From positions 3,178-39,678 of the forward strand of contig NW_014040557.1 of NCBI RefSeq assembly GCF_001186125.1: a stretch of DNA of 36,501 bases, given 5' to 3'. Both the position numbers and the translations under genes were made by a program. Numbering within the stretch: position 1 is the first letter of the stretch; every line of letters starts with the position of its first letter. Source of the DNA: Sphaeroforma arctica JP610. Lineage: Eukaryota. The notes under the pieces were generated by a model. It was not told the DNA's origin and did not search any database. It saw only the letters and a list, made by a program, of their open reading frames with translations. Below, piece by piece: positions 1 through 12,938 of this stretch.

Positions 1-417
1 TCGTATATATATATACGTATATATACCTATGTATATATATGTATCTGTATATATATGCGTGTGTGTGTGTTTGTACCTGTGCTTGTACCTGTTGTTGTTT
101 TTCTGCCTGTTCTTGTTTTCGTGCTTGTGCGTGTGATTGTGATTGTGTACATATGTATGTATGCGTGAGTTTACTCGCGTAGAACCCGTTCAAGTTGGCC
201 ATCTGATGGGATCAAAAGTGCACTGTTTGTGACATAGTCTTGTGAGCTTCGTAGATATCGCTAATTCAAAATCCATCGTTTGGCGGGCTGTATTCAGTTG
301 CTAGCATAAGGACTCACAGACTTCAAATAAAGGTCAGAAGTTTCACAAATAAACCTCTTTTTCAACCAAGAAGTTCAACTGACTAATTGTGTGTATCAAC
401 TCATTTATGATTTGCAG

Positions 418-3400
418 GACAATGGGATGCCGTACCATCCACGCCGGAATCCCCGTGCTAAAAGTAAAAAAATGCAGAAGGCGCCGAAAAAATTCGCTCC
501 CGTAGTATTCAGTGTTCGACCAGCAGCCAATCATAACGCACGTTCTAAAAATATCACCAAGGGACACAGTAATAAAAACAAAGATGCCAAAGGCAAGACA
601 CCTACGTTAGCTGCCGCCGAAGCCGCTGGTATTACCAGCATAGTGACAGGAGATGGAGACAAAGCCACATCACATGATGCGAATGACAGAGCAAACGCAA
701 ATGCCACAGATCGCGCAGCACAGAAGGGATCACGCACTGAAGAAAAGACTGAAGGTAGCGAAAGTGCTGAACAAGGGAAGAAGCGAGTACAGACGGAAGG
801 TCAGGGCTCTGGCTCGGTGGCTAAGAAGGCCAAGACCGAAATCTCCTCGTCCAGTGCTCCCAGGTTCGTTTATATTAAGTGGGGGGTTTTTTTCTCAATG
901 TCTGGTGGTACAGTGTGTATGCTGCAAATACTTAAAATAACAGTCTGGCGGTTTTGTATGTAGTGTGTGGCATGCGCTGGAGGTCTACATATGGCAAGCA
1001 TGTATTGCCCGCTAAGCTTACTGTTGCGGTTTATTTTTGTACTTTGTTGATGGGAATATTTTCCGCTAAGCTTTTAGAAAGCAGTTGCGTTTGATCTTTA
1101 GATTTTATCGATATGGGAATGGCTTACGCGCAAGTAACCCCCATTGCTTCTGGTTTTTAGTTTGACTCGGTATGCGCCTTCATAGACTCTTTTATATCAG
1201 TTTTTTCGTTTCTGTACACTGAACACCTTTTCTCGGTTCCGGTGCTGGATTCCGCTATCTGATATACCGTCTATTTTGCCACGCAGAGGTCAAGAGCACA
1301 TCTCCTCTCTCTTCTCATACAATCCCGAGATGCCCGAGAGCCTCAGCCAACACAACCAAGACGACACACCACTGGGTGAAGACGATGAGGACGTGACAGA
1401 CTTACCTTCTTCACATGCCAACAACGTGTTCCACGATGCCAAAACCTTCGAAGCGCTTGGGGTGGGTTCGCGGTTGGTGCGGTGTATGAGTGAGCGCTTG
1501 GGGCTTTTGCAGCCCACAACGGTACAGTCGGCAGTTATTCCTCTGGCTCTGAGTGGCCGGGATGTGTTGGCCCAGTCGGAGACGGGTAGTGGTAAGACTA
1601 TGGCATTCCTGTTACCTATTGTTGAGATACTCAGCTCGTTTGAGACGCGTGTACAGAGAAGCGATGGCATCCAGGCGCTGATTATATCACCTACGCGTGA
1701 GTTGTGCTTGCAGGTAGGTGCAGTTTACTTTTGTCATTCCAATGTATTCGAATACCTCAAATTTATATTCATGCCCCCGTCTATTTGTTATCAGGTGTTC
1801 GCTATTCGTGCAGGCACTGACCTCTGTACACACCTGCATGCAGTATATACAGCATAGTGTATAATGCCCATATAGGCTATGTGCAGGGGAATACTGTGCA
1901 CAACGTATGCACAAATCATACTCACACCAAGCACACGTTCGCCACTACAGATTCTCGATGTGCTTGAGACACTCCTCCACCCTGTGCATTGGATTGTTCC
2001 GGGACATGTGATCGGAGGAGAAAAGAAGAAGTCAGAGAAGGCGCGAATTCGTAAAGGTATCAATGTGCTGGTAGCCACGCCCGGTCGATTGGTTGATCAT
2101 CTCTCCACGACCTCTTCGCTCAACGTGTCAAGGTAAATTGTTTATCTTGTGGTAAAATAATAATACTGATTGTGCATACATGGATTTTAAGTGTATGTAT
2201 ACATGCTTACATCTACAGATGTTCCAAATTATTGAATGTACTGCTCTGTATTTGCAATCTATCTACAATTAGAGCTCAATCGCTAGTAACTGCTGCATAG
2301 TATCGATTGTTGTTATCAGTAGTGGCGAGTACTAACTTCTACCTGATTCTACAGGTGTCGTATGCTGGTGTTGGATGAGGCTGATCGTCTCATGGAACTT
2401 GGGTTTAAGAAGGACCTGGTGACTATCATCAATGCCCTTAACGGATACCACCCCAATTTCCTGGAAGCCGATAGCGTGGGTGCAGACAGGAATGCCGAGG
2501 GAATTCTCAAACCCAAGGTGGTCCGGGATAGATTTATCGCTGGGAAAACTATCCGACGCCAGAACGTGCTGGTCAGTGCTACGTTGAACTCCAACGTCCG
2601 CCTTCTCGCCGAGCTGGCGCTGGACAACCCTGCTCGTGTGGTGTTGCAGGGCGACCATGGCAGCGATACAGTGGCGCTCGCTGCGGCCGATGAGGAGACG
2701 AGTGCGAGCGAAGGTGTGCCTGTGGTCACGGAACAGATGGCTAAGGAGGCTCTGGAGACCATACCTGAGACGCTGAACGCAACGGCAGGTGATGAAGAGA
2801 ACGATGCGAGCAACAGTGAGGATGAGCGCGTGGTGGACTTCATGTCGGATGACGAGGACGAGGAGAAGCAGGAAAGCTCGGTAGTCGAGGAGGCAGAGGC
2901 TAAGGGTGACGAACCCGTGGAGGTGGATGTGAAGGATGTGGATGAGATAGAAGAAGTGGCTGAAGCAGATGAGGGGCAAGGTATGGATCTGGACGGGGAC
3001 ATGGATACGACCGCACCCGCAAACATAGATACAGACACGGTAGAGGTAGAGCGGCCGTATGTATGGGGAGGACCTGAGGGTGAGAAAACAAGCGAGGGCG
3101 GCGAGAAGACAGAAGAAGCCGGCGATAAAATAGTCGACACGCCACAACCGGCCGACGCGGTTGTCCCTGCGCCATTTGTGCCGACCGGGGGTAACGCGGC
3201 AACACAGTTCAAAACGCCCGCGAAGCTGCACCAGAAGTACATTGCAGTGCCAAGCAAGCTACGGCTGGTGACGCTGGCGGCGCTGCTGCGAGGCGAGTGC
3301 ACGGATGTGAAGGGGAATCCCACAAGCAAGGCCATTGTGTTCATGAGCACGTGCGACCTGGTGGACTTTGTGTACGAAGTGTTCCACGCCAGAAGCACGT

Positions 3401-5355
3401 GGGGCAACAAGGACAAGCAAGGTGATACGGATGCGGAGAGCCCGCTCTTTGGCCGTCTGCACTTTGTGCGGCTGCACGGTAATATGAAGCAGCAGGAACG
3501 CACACAGGCGTTCAAGAAGTTCAGCAAGGCTCCGACGGGGGTGATGATCTGCACGGATGTGGCTGCGCGAGGGTTGGATCTGCCGTTCGTGAAGTGGATT
3601 ATCCAGTACACCATCCCCGCAGAGGTCTCCGACTATGTGCACCGTATCGGGCGTACGGCGCGTTTGGGCGAGAGCGGCAGTGCGGCTGTGTTTGTGACCC
3701 CTGGGGAGGCGGACTTTATCAAAGTGCTCGAGCAGCAAGGTATGAACGTGCATTCGATAGAGATGAACGATGTACTGGGTAGTCTTGAGAAGGTGACTAC
3801 AGTTGCGTTCAGAGAGAAGGTCATCCGACAGAACGGGGGCAAACGTGGGAAGGCGAAGGAGCTCTCCAATGTGGTGCAGAGCAAGGCCACACTGCTGCAG
3901 ATGGAGATCGAGGAGCAGGTCAAGGCTACCGAGTATGTGATACATATATATATATGTATATATATACATATATATATATTAATTTATTTATTTATTTATT
4001 TATTTATAGTAATATTATTGATGTTGATATTGATATTGATATTATTATCAATATCAATATTTACACAAATACATATGCGTGTGTGTGTGTAAATAGATTA
4101 ATCTGAATGAGGATATGGTTGCGTATTTCACATATCTGAACTGTTGAATGTTTGTGAAGCTTTATCCTGGTATGTGCATTCTATCCAACGCTGTGAGCAA
4201 GGGCCGGCTATGTGGATATCTACCGTTTTAGGCGGGTGATGCTCCTGACGAATGCTCAATATTGTATCCAAATATGTGCGATTTATTTACCGCCTCCTTC
4301 ACTCATCGTCTAAACGTCCATATCGACTTACTATACGCAGAGATATGCGCTGGTTGGCACGCAATGCGTTCCGCTCGTATCTACGTGGCTATATGACATA
4401 CCCGAAGTCCATGAAGGCCTTTATGCACATCAAGAATCTGCACCAAGGGCATGTGGCCAAATCGTTTGGCATGCGTGAAGCACCCAGCGATGTTCTGAAA
4501 TTCAATAAGCACAAACCGGGGGGGAAGAAAGGTATGTTTACATATTTATACGTTAACAGTTATACGTTTGATATTTACATACTGATGATGCCGTAAAAAC
4601 TGGAGTGGCACGCAGATGTCTGTCAATCCATTGCAAACGGCCGGCGCCGCTGTGTTGATCTGTACGGTCTTTGTGATGATACTAGGGTTGTTATTTTCTT
4701 GGCTAAACTTCAATCTGATTCTGAGTCAAAACATTCTCTTTTGCTGGGTTGTGCGTTGAGCACGGGGATTCCAAGCTTATAGGTGCTATGCTTTCAAATA
4801 TTTAAATTCATCGATCATATGTCCTCCCATAACCACCGAGAGTCTATATTTAAATATATATATATGTATCTATAGGTATTGTCTCATCGGTTGTATGTCC
4901 TTCTATTTTCAGAGAGTCAAAAAGACAAGCAAGACGCGCGGGAAAAGAAACAGCGCGAGAAGAACACCAAGACTGGCGGAGGCCCATCACAGAGCACGTA
5001 CAAGCCTAGGAATATCGGAGACTTCAACTTCACGCCCGACGCTAACCCTAGCAAGGACTTCAAGGGCAACCCCAGCCACGCCAGTGGTATCAATAGGAGT
5101 AGTGGGAGTAGCAAAGGCAACTCGGTCAAAGGAAAGGATGCAGGGGATGGCAAAGGGAGTATGAAGGGGAAGGGCAAAGGCTCGGACAAGGCTGTACGCG
5201 CGGATAGAAATGTGGGTGGCCAGAATAACAAGAGCAGTCGAGGCGAGACAACCGTCAAGAACTATGCGCGTGCGTCAGGCTACCAATCACGCGTGCCCCT
5301 GGGCATGAACGGCATTGACCGCAGCAAGTACTCGCGGGCGCCTATCGGTGGATGA
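418..5355 (+). CDS. DDX31: ATP-dependent DEAD-box RNA helicase DDX31/Dbp7 (60S ribosome biogenesis), spliced, about 1088 aa from position 418
   Basis: Phase-consistent GT-AG exons: 418-863, 1287-1713, 1951-2132, 2355-3932, 4341-4531, 4913-5355. Motifs: Q motif (FEALG...PTTVQ), [16 protein letters not shown], family-typical [60 protein letters not shown], and the Dbp7-type C-terminal block AFRSYLRGY...[16 protein letters not shown]. An acceptor (tttgcag, ending 417) precedes the first exon, so the start is either ATG 427 or in an upstream exon. Confidence 0.93.
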
Positions 5356-5590
5356 GCAGTGGTCAATACGACTACCTTCGGATTGATATATCCGGGTACA
5401 AGGAGTGTTCGTAGGTCCATCACCAGGTTAGTGGTGATATAAGCCAGGGGTAACGCGTGTTTAAGTTTAAGGCCAGGCTTCTCGATCTCGGGAAAGCTGA
5501 GTGCGGCATAGAAGGCGGTCGATGAGTCCTAAGGAACTTTGAGCGCTACTAGCATGCCTTAGGTATTACAGTTGCCTGAAGGAAAGATCA

Positions 5591-5596
5591 AATAAA
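5591..5596 (+). promoter_or_regulatory. Candidate polyadenylation signal AATAAA of the helicase gene
   Basis: AATAAA about 235 nt after the TGA at 5355; position only, no transcript data. Confidence 0.3.
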
Positions 5597-5772
5597 CTAG
5601 TACATATATATATACGTGGTCTATGTGAAGCAACTGCGTGTCACATCGCGGTTTGTCTCAAAACTCACACCTTCGTCCGTGAATGGTTCCTGTTCAGCTT
5701 TTAAACTGCTATTGTTTGATCTAGTTGCAACGTGATGAATTTTAATCCGGTGCTTTCTTTTAATTGGCCCGG

Positions 5773-5848
5773 ACATCCGGTCTGAGCATATATGAGGGAA
5801 AATGGCCATATGAGGCCATTTTCCCTCCTATATGCTCAGACCGGATGT
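5773..5848. repeat. Near-perfect inverted repeat (35-bp arms, 6-nt loop)
   Basis: 5773-5807 acatccggtctgagcatatatgagggaaaatggcc pairs with 5814-5848 ggccattttccctcctatatgctcagaccggatgt with one mismatch; loop atatga. Confidence 0.9.
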
Positions 5849-5868
5849 ATATACAAATATATAAATAG

Positions 5869-5900
<32 letters not shown>

Positions 5901-6504
5901 ATGTATGTTTGTATGTTTGTATGTATGTATGTATGTATGTTTGTATGTGTGTATTATATATNNNNNNNNNNNNNNNNNNNNNNNNNNNNNNNNNNNNNNN
6001 NNNNNNNNNNNNNNNNNNNNNNNNNNNNNNNNNNNNNNNNNNNNNNNNNNNNNNNNNNNNNNNNNNNNNNNNNNNNNNNNNNNNNNNNNNNNNNNNNNNN
6101 NNNNNNNNNNNNNNNNNNNNNNNNNNNNNNNNNNNNNNNNNNNNNNNNNNNNNNNNNNNNNNNNNNNNNNNNNNNNNNNNNNNNNNNNNNNNNNNNNNNN
6201 NNNNNNNNNNNNNNNNNNNNNNNNNNNNNNNNNNNNNNNNNNNNNNNNNNNNNNNNNNNNNNNNNNNNNNNNNNNNNNNNNNNNNNNNNNNNNNNNNNNN
6301 NNNNNNNNNNNNNNNNNNNNNNNNNNNNNNNNNNNNNNNNNNNNNCATAATATATATAAATGTATATGTATATATATATATATATGTATGTATATATATA
6401 TCTAATATGTATACGTATATATGTATATATGTATACATACACATATATATCTATATATATATATATCTATATATATATATATGTATCTATATATATATGC
6501 ATAT

Positions 6505-6545
<41 letters not shown>

Positions 6546-6555
6546 TCGTGTGTGT
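5849..6555. repeat. (TA)n/(TG)n/(TATG)n microsatellite tract flanking assembly gap 5962-6345
   Basis: Simple repeats on both sides of a run of N. Confidence 0.9.
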
Positions 6556-7372
6556 TGTTTGTGAATGTTCTACTTAAATAGATGTCAGCACACTGTCAGG
6601 CGAATGAGCTGATTGAAACTACTGTGCCTACTGGATACACAATTTCAATGTATCATTCGCCTCTGCGAGACAATTTGGATTGCATGAGATTCTAGTAGAT
6701 AGAGCAGGATCGTTTAAAACAACCCGGTCCACCGATACACAGCAGAGCGTTGATATCATATCAATATTACATAAGTTTAGAGCGACATTGCCGCAACCAG
6801 GCGAATTGCTAGAAAATTTGAAACGATGTACTCTTATCTTCCCAGAATACAACAGCATAATAAGTTCAATCACTATTTGTGCAATTCAACTTTGTACCCA
6901 ATATTTATAAAAAGCCTACTTGCCCTTGCAACCGGTGGTAGTATGAATATGACGATGCGACATGGTTGTATATACAAATGGCTCTATGCCATGTATAAGG
7001 CGTTTACATGGCTGGATGACTCTTGTCAGCGCGTGCCCGCATTGTGAATAGAATTTTGTCTAGCATGTGTGGTTGCTTCCTCATGAGGGTTCACATCTGA
7101 TTAGAGCGAGGTACAACAGCACATGTGACCGCTTGTGTATTTTTATGCTAAAACTCTTATTCAGCTGCTTAATTGTCGTGATGATACGAATTCATAAACA
7201 TGTATGTACGCATTGAAAAATATACATGCCCTTATAGCTGTTTTGGTTTACCCCAATATAAATCCTCATTGTTAGCATACCAATAATCACGTTGTCCTAA
7301 TACATTGTTTTTTAGTCCGGTATCACCCATGGTACCGCTCGCGATTCTAGGCTTGACAAGATATACTATGAC

Positions 7373-7795
7373 CACGTTGTTCGTCGTCAGTACGGCTTCA
7401 GCATGTGATCTCTGAACGATTTATGTGCGATGGCAGACGGTATACTTGTACGTGGCATACATTTTACTAGTACGTTGCTGCTAAGACTTCCTCAGTGACG
7501 GATCTCTGAACTGTGAATGGTGTATGAGCGATGACAGACAGTATACTAGTACGTCACTGCATTCAATTCATCAGTGAAGGGGCTGTGATTTATGAATGTA
7601 GTATGAGCGATGATAGACAGTTTATTAGTACGTTGTTACTAAGACTTCATCATTGATGGCGCTCTGAACTGTGAATGGTGTATGAGCGATGTCAGACATT
7701 ACACTAATACGTGGCTACTACGAATTTATCAGTGAGGGGACAGTGATATGTGAATAGTGCATGAGCGATGATAGACAGTGTACTAGTACGTGGCT
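7373..7795. repeat. 79-bp minisatellite, 4 regular units plus a degenerate one, alternating A/B variants
   Basis: The anchor 'tacgt' recurs at 7471, 7550, 7629, 7708 and 7787 (79-bp spacing); shared core tgaa...tgagcgatg.cagacag. Confidence 0.85.
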
Positions 7796-8178
7796 TTAGC
7801 ATCGCCTTGGGCAACTAATTTACATTGAAATATGGATTGACAAGTGACCGTATTGTATGGTATTGTGTGTATATATGGTATTTTCAGTGTTTATGTTTTG
7901 TCTGCGACATCAACGGTAAATGTAATTTTGTGTACTAATTGAGACTACGGCGTCATTCGTAAATATTGTAGCGAATACAGCGATTGTGATTGATAGATTG
8001 TTTTCACGTGCTTGATACAGTCTGAATCGCTCGTATCGAGATCGTACTAAAGTATATATGACCTAAAGACAAATTCGTTCTGAGAGGATTGTCATTTATT
8101 TTCATTTTCCTTTTGTTTAACTATGTTCTACTTACTATGTTCGCATGCAGTCATCTCGCAGCCTATTGGATCTATCCT

Positions 8179-11100
8179 TTAGAACAGAGAGAATGCCCCA
8201 GGCCCTGATATTGGTAATGGTGGGTGAAAATTATGAGTGCCTGTATTTGCGAGCAATGACTCAGTCACGTGTTATCCATGCCACCACAGAATCACATGTC
8301 ACCACATCACATACTGTTGCATCTCAAATTGGTGAAGGAAGCATTATCGGCGTTCGTGTACCCTTGTAAATTCGATACTTCATCTATAAAACTCAGGGCA
8401 ATCACACACAAATACACCCAAGTGTGTTCAAACTTACAAGTACAGCCAGTCTTGTATATTGACCACGAGCATACTATTACATACCAGGTACCATGTCGAA
8501 GAACGTCGCCCTGCCCTTCACCTCTGGGAACTCCTGATAGTATGCATCAGCCCACGCCTTTGTGAATTTCTCTTCCTCTGACTTCTTCACCAGAGCCCAA
8601 ACACTTCCACCGAAACCAGCCCCGAATGCACTGGATGCTGATGGAATAGAGTTGCACAAAATTAGTTTAAATCGAGATATATACGTCTATCGTATATATG
8701 CATACGAATATGTATATCGGTATTCAGGTACTCTGGGTCAACGGTAATTCATCAAGGGATTTTTAGCAAGATTTGAGAAACATCACATTATGAATTCCAC
8801 ACATAATCTCTCAGCAATACATAAATCACACACATAACCTCTCAGCGACACATTACACCTACCTAAAGCACCGTTTTCTCGAGCCAACTTAGGCAAAGCT
8901 CGCGTCTCCGGTACAAGGTTCATCAGGCCCGTATCAGTGAGTTGCTGTGACTTATCAGTAAGCTCTGCCAGCCTCGTGTAGTCAGCTTCTGCGAACGCCT
9001 TAGCCACTCCCGGAACGATAACTTCGTTTTCTTCGTAGAACTGGTCGAACCTTCTAGTGAGTGCTCCGGCAGGGTACTTGCGGTCTGCGTCTTCTGGATA
9101 ATGTTTGCCATCGTCAAATTTGGCGATTTGGTCCAGAATTGATTCCTGAACGGGACAGTAAATCACGGATGAGTGAGGTGCATGGCAATGATTGCCTTCG
9201 AAGAGACCCATGATACATCCCAATCTACTAAACTACCATTTGATCGTACAGGAAGCAGCAAAACGTGCCAGAAACCATACTCCTTTCAGAACACGGTCAT
9301 GAAAGATCTAGATTCAACCATAAGGCCGAAGGCGAATTCGAGGTGATATTGCTTACCTTGACGCCTGTACTGCCGCCCTCCTTTGTGTGGACAATGACTT
9401 CTTTGTAGTTTGCTGCAGATTTGCCGGTCGCCTTGCTCCAGGCCTTTGCTCCATCCCGCGCCAGAAAGGCGGCATTGTTGTAATCACCCATCTTCGCTCC
9501 CGTCTTCTCGGCTATACAGCCACTCACACAAATCACAAAGGTCACCTCCTCAGGGAAACTAAACGCCCCCTCATGCGCCGTGGGGCAGTAACTGAACATG
9601 TTCAGCTGTGTGAATGGAAGTGTGGTGCGATGAGTTACTAGATGGTCCTTTTGGTACAAGTTGTTATGCTGTAGGAATAAGTTCCAGTCACATAGTAGCA
9701 CTGCTAAGCAGGCGAGGCAGACAAACGTTGTAAAATTCGCAGAGAGTAAAATCGGCCACCACGTATATGTACGCAAGAACACACTTTTCATAAACATATC
9801 ACAGTGGAAAGAAACAACAAGGGTGCTTTTCATGTAACTACTATCCACTGGCATGCCTGTCTGTCAGTCTGACACCATACCTTCATCGCCTGTCCACTCA
9901 TGATACCTGTGTGGTCCTCACTGCCTCCGAATGTTCCCACACCCTTATCTCCGGCTAGCTCGTTACAGTTCTGTCCATTTTCAATGAACCCCAAGTACGA
10001 GTACAGCTCCTCTGTGGTTGGTAGGTGCTTCTTGAAGGTCTCATTCTCCTCAATGTTATTTCTTGCGGAGAGTGTCATGAACATGTAGCAGATCACCGCT
10101 GACGAGGTGCTCATACCGGAAGCCTCCGGAAGATCGCAGCCGATAGCGATTTCTATTCCCTATGATGTGAAGCGAGTGTCAGAGGGTGTGCATGTGAGTG
10201 TGGGTGCGATGCACTGAGAAATATCATGCCCAAATAATATGTAAATAGTGCGCGCACGAACAAGTGAGTGTATATTTGTTTTTTTGGCGCGGGGACAACG
10301 GAAAGGTAGGTATGGGCTGTATGGAATAAGGAGGGGTCGTGATTAAGGACAAAGCTTAGTGCTATATGCCAGCGACCCTAAAATTTGCAACACGTATCCG
10401 AGTGCGCAGCTGAACGAATGGAAATCTTGCTGTCAGTGTAAAGTACATAATTATTACAGAACTAACGACAAACAACAAACCTTATTGATACCAAAGTTGC
10501 GAACCATTCGGCGGACTGTGGTGGCTGGATAGTTGACCCAGGACTCCCCCTCAGCTGGATCAAGGTCTCTGTGCATGCGCACCTCGGCTACCTTCTTCTC
10601 ACCGCTGGCAAATGTGGTGATGATCTTTACAATATCGTCATCACGGTCTCGGGTAACCACGGCGAACCCCTTGGATACGGCTGCTAAGAGCGATCGGCCT
10701 CCACAGTAGTCTGCAGATATCATGGTTGTTGGTTTAGTTAATAGTCTCGGTTACTACATGGTCTGCCATTGCACTTGTGTCTAGCAGAGACAAACCCTAA
10801 GACGTGGAACCAGCCACCTTTTTGCACAAATTGTATGAGGTTCTATGCGAGTCTGCATTGTCAGGCAGCACGGGCCCCGAACATTGATTAAGTGTAAATT
10901 GAACTCACCAAAGTACAGATGTCTGTAACACCCTAACACACCCTTGACGCAATACTCAATAAATACTGAGAAACCCTTTGTGCGCCGTGTACACTACTTG
11001 GCGAGTAATCCATCACAGAACACTCAAATACACAACGACGTGTTTACGTGGTTACATGGAACAGGATAGGTTGAACCCCAAACAGACTACCTTAAAATGC

Positions 11101-11530
11101 ATGAATAACGAGTGGTCCCCCAGTGTCGCTAACAAATTAAAATATCAGTCAAAATTCTGTACCTGTGTGTTTGCCGACGACCTCAATTCGTCCGGGTACC
11201 CAGTAGGCATTCACTTCACAGTCCTCAGAAGCGCCATCCTAGAGATGAGTGAAGTCAATTTTAGATATCTTACTTACAATTAAAAACTACCATCTTCTGC
11301 CTAATTAGACCATAGATTCTACGTAAACCGATAAAAACATCTGTAGTTGAGCAGGTACAGATATCTAGAAATTTGAAACTCCAAACTGTAACGCATGCGC
11401 ATACCTCTTGCAGTAGCGTAGCAGCTTTTTTGAACAGCGGTGCTTTGTCCTGGGCAGCGCCAGAGGTCATTCCACCCTTGACGAGTTGTTCTGTGATCGA
11501 TGTCAAGACATTCTTCAATGAAGTAGGCAT
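8179..11530 (-). CDS. Galactokinase-like GHMP-family sugar kinase, spliced, 473 aa
   Basis: Phase-consistent minus-strand exons: 11530-11405, 11238-11163, 10710-10481, 10159-9881, 9605-9357, 9145-8863, 8637-8485, 8204-8179. Motifs: WVPGRIEVVGKHTDYCGG (galactokinase signature position), SWVNYP, DLPEASGMSTSSAV (GHMP ATP-binding loop), GTFGGSEDH, FGAGFGGSVWALV, ending PGPGAFSLF-stop. Confidence 0.9.
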
Positions 11531-12777
11531 ATTGATGGTTCTGAAATCTGTGTGTCGAATGTGTAGTGTGAGTTATTGTAATTGATATGGGTATTGTTGC
11601 TTGAATTTCACATGTAGTAAGTTCGTTCTGGTATTTATACTATTTTTAAACTCGTTTAAGGTTAGTTTGTAGTGTGTGGACTGCTTTCTTTAATACAGTG
11701 TGTAACTACATAAATCACATATGCAGCCGCCTTTTTTTAAGACCAAATAAGGCAACCTTTGTCAACCTGCTGCCTGCTCCTGCTCAGCTTCAGCTTAACC
11801 TCCTGTCCAGTGTCCTTCTCTAATAAAAACAGGGAGGCTCCTGAGTTCTGATGAGTGCCTGTCGGGAACTCGGCATCCGCTCAGGCGCTCACTGCCCTCT
11901 GGAGTCTGGATTAGGCCATAAGATGATTAGGATCGCGAGCAGAAATCAGGTTTCTTCCGTTGTATGTATGTATTTAAAACTATGTATTTATTTAGCGGAA
12001 ATCGTTAAAGAGACTCTATCCACAGCCCTAATAAGGCCCGTATTTTAAAATTTGTATTTTATGTATTTTTGGAAAAACAAACACTGTTATTTAGTATTTA
12101 CAGTGTTAATTGCTCAAATGCTATTTTTGATCTCCATCGCATTGGTCGGTTTTAACCCAACTCGGAAGAATATCCAAGCCCCAAGGTCCTGGACTTCTGG
12201 TCTGTCGATTACGGTTTAAATCTGGGGCGAAATCGGCCCAAGTATTTACTTCCAGAGATATATGTAGCCTTGCGCGCACAAGCACTGAAGAAAAGCAGAA
12301 TCGAGCTTTCTGCCCGGATAGAGGTATGGCACATACAGACATATTAGCAGTTTAATAAATATGCAGTAGTACTCTACAAGACCAAAGGAACACATGTACA
12401 TAACTATAGTGGAAGTTCTTATAGGATCGTAAGAATTCATCGAGACCACCCAATGACCATTCGATCGTCGTGGAATGACCTGATGGTGGACGAGCATTTC
12501 GAAGATTGGTTTTAGTTAGTTGGCATGCGTGAAGCTAGGTTCTAAGAGATAATAAAAGTAGTATTGAAGGCAGTAGTTTATGTACCTAATAGATAAACAA
12601 GTGATAGTATCAAAGCGGATTTTGCAAGTGTACAGTACATGAGTACATGTGTACACCCAAATTGCTATATAGGTAAAATTGTATGTGGAGCACAATTTTG
12701 GAGGTTAGCCTTAGATAGTCGGCATGTGTAAAGCTATTTCCTAACAGTTGAGAAAGGCAGGATTGAATGCTGTAGTT

Positions 12778-12778
12778 C

Positions 12779-12856
<78 letters not shown>

Positions 12857-12887
12857 TTATTGTGTGTGTGTGTGTGTGTGTGTGTAG

Positions 12888-12938
<51 letters not shown>

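Noticed and set aside
2332..3969. Long minus-strand ORFs (299, 421, 236 aa)
   Set aside because: Antisense shadows of the GC-rich helicase exon 4, with no recognisable motifs.
4673..4724. Possible intronic C/D snoRNA (GTGATGA ... CTGA) in helicase intron 5
   Set aside because: Only about 52 nt, weak terminal stem, and no guide complementarity I can verify; a snoRNA or Rfam scan would be needed.
5792..6577. ORFs spanning N gaps (also 12610-14036 and 20187-20530) and YIYI/CVCV ORFs
   Set aside because: Artefacts of N runs and dinucleotide microsatellites.
6628..7047. Short overlapping ORFs between the helicase and kinase genes
   Set aside because: No recognisable domain and no consistent exon chain.
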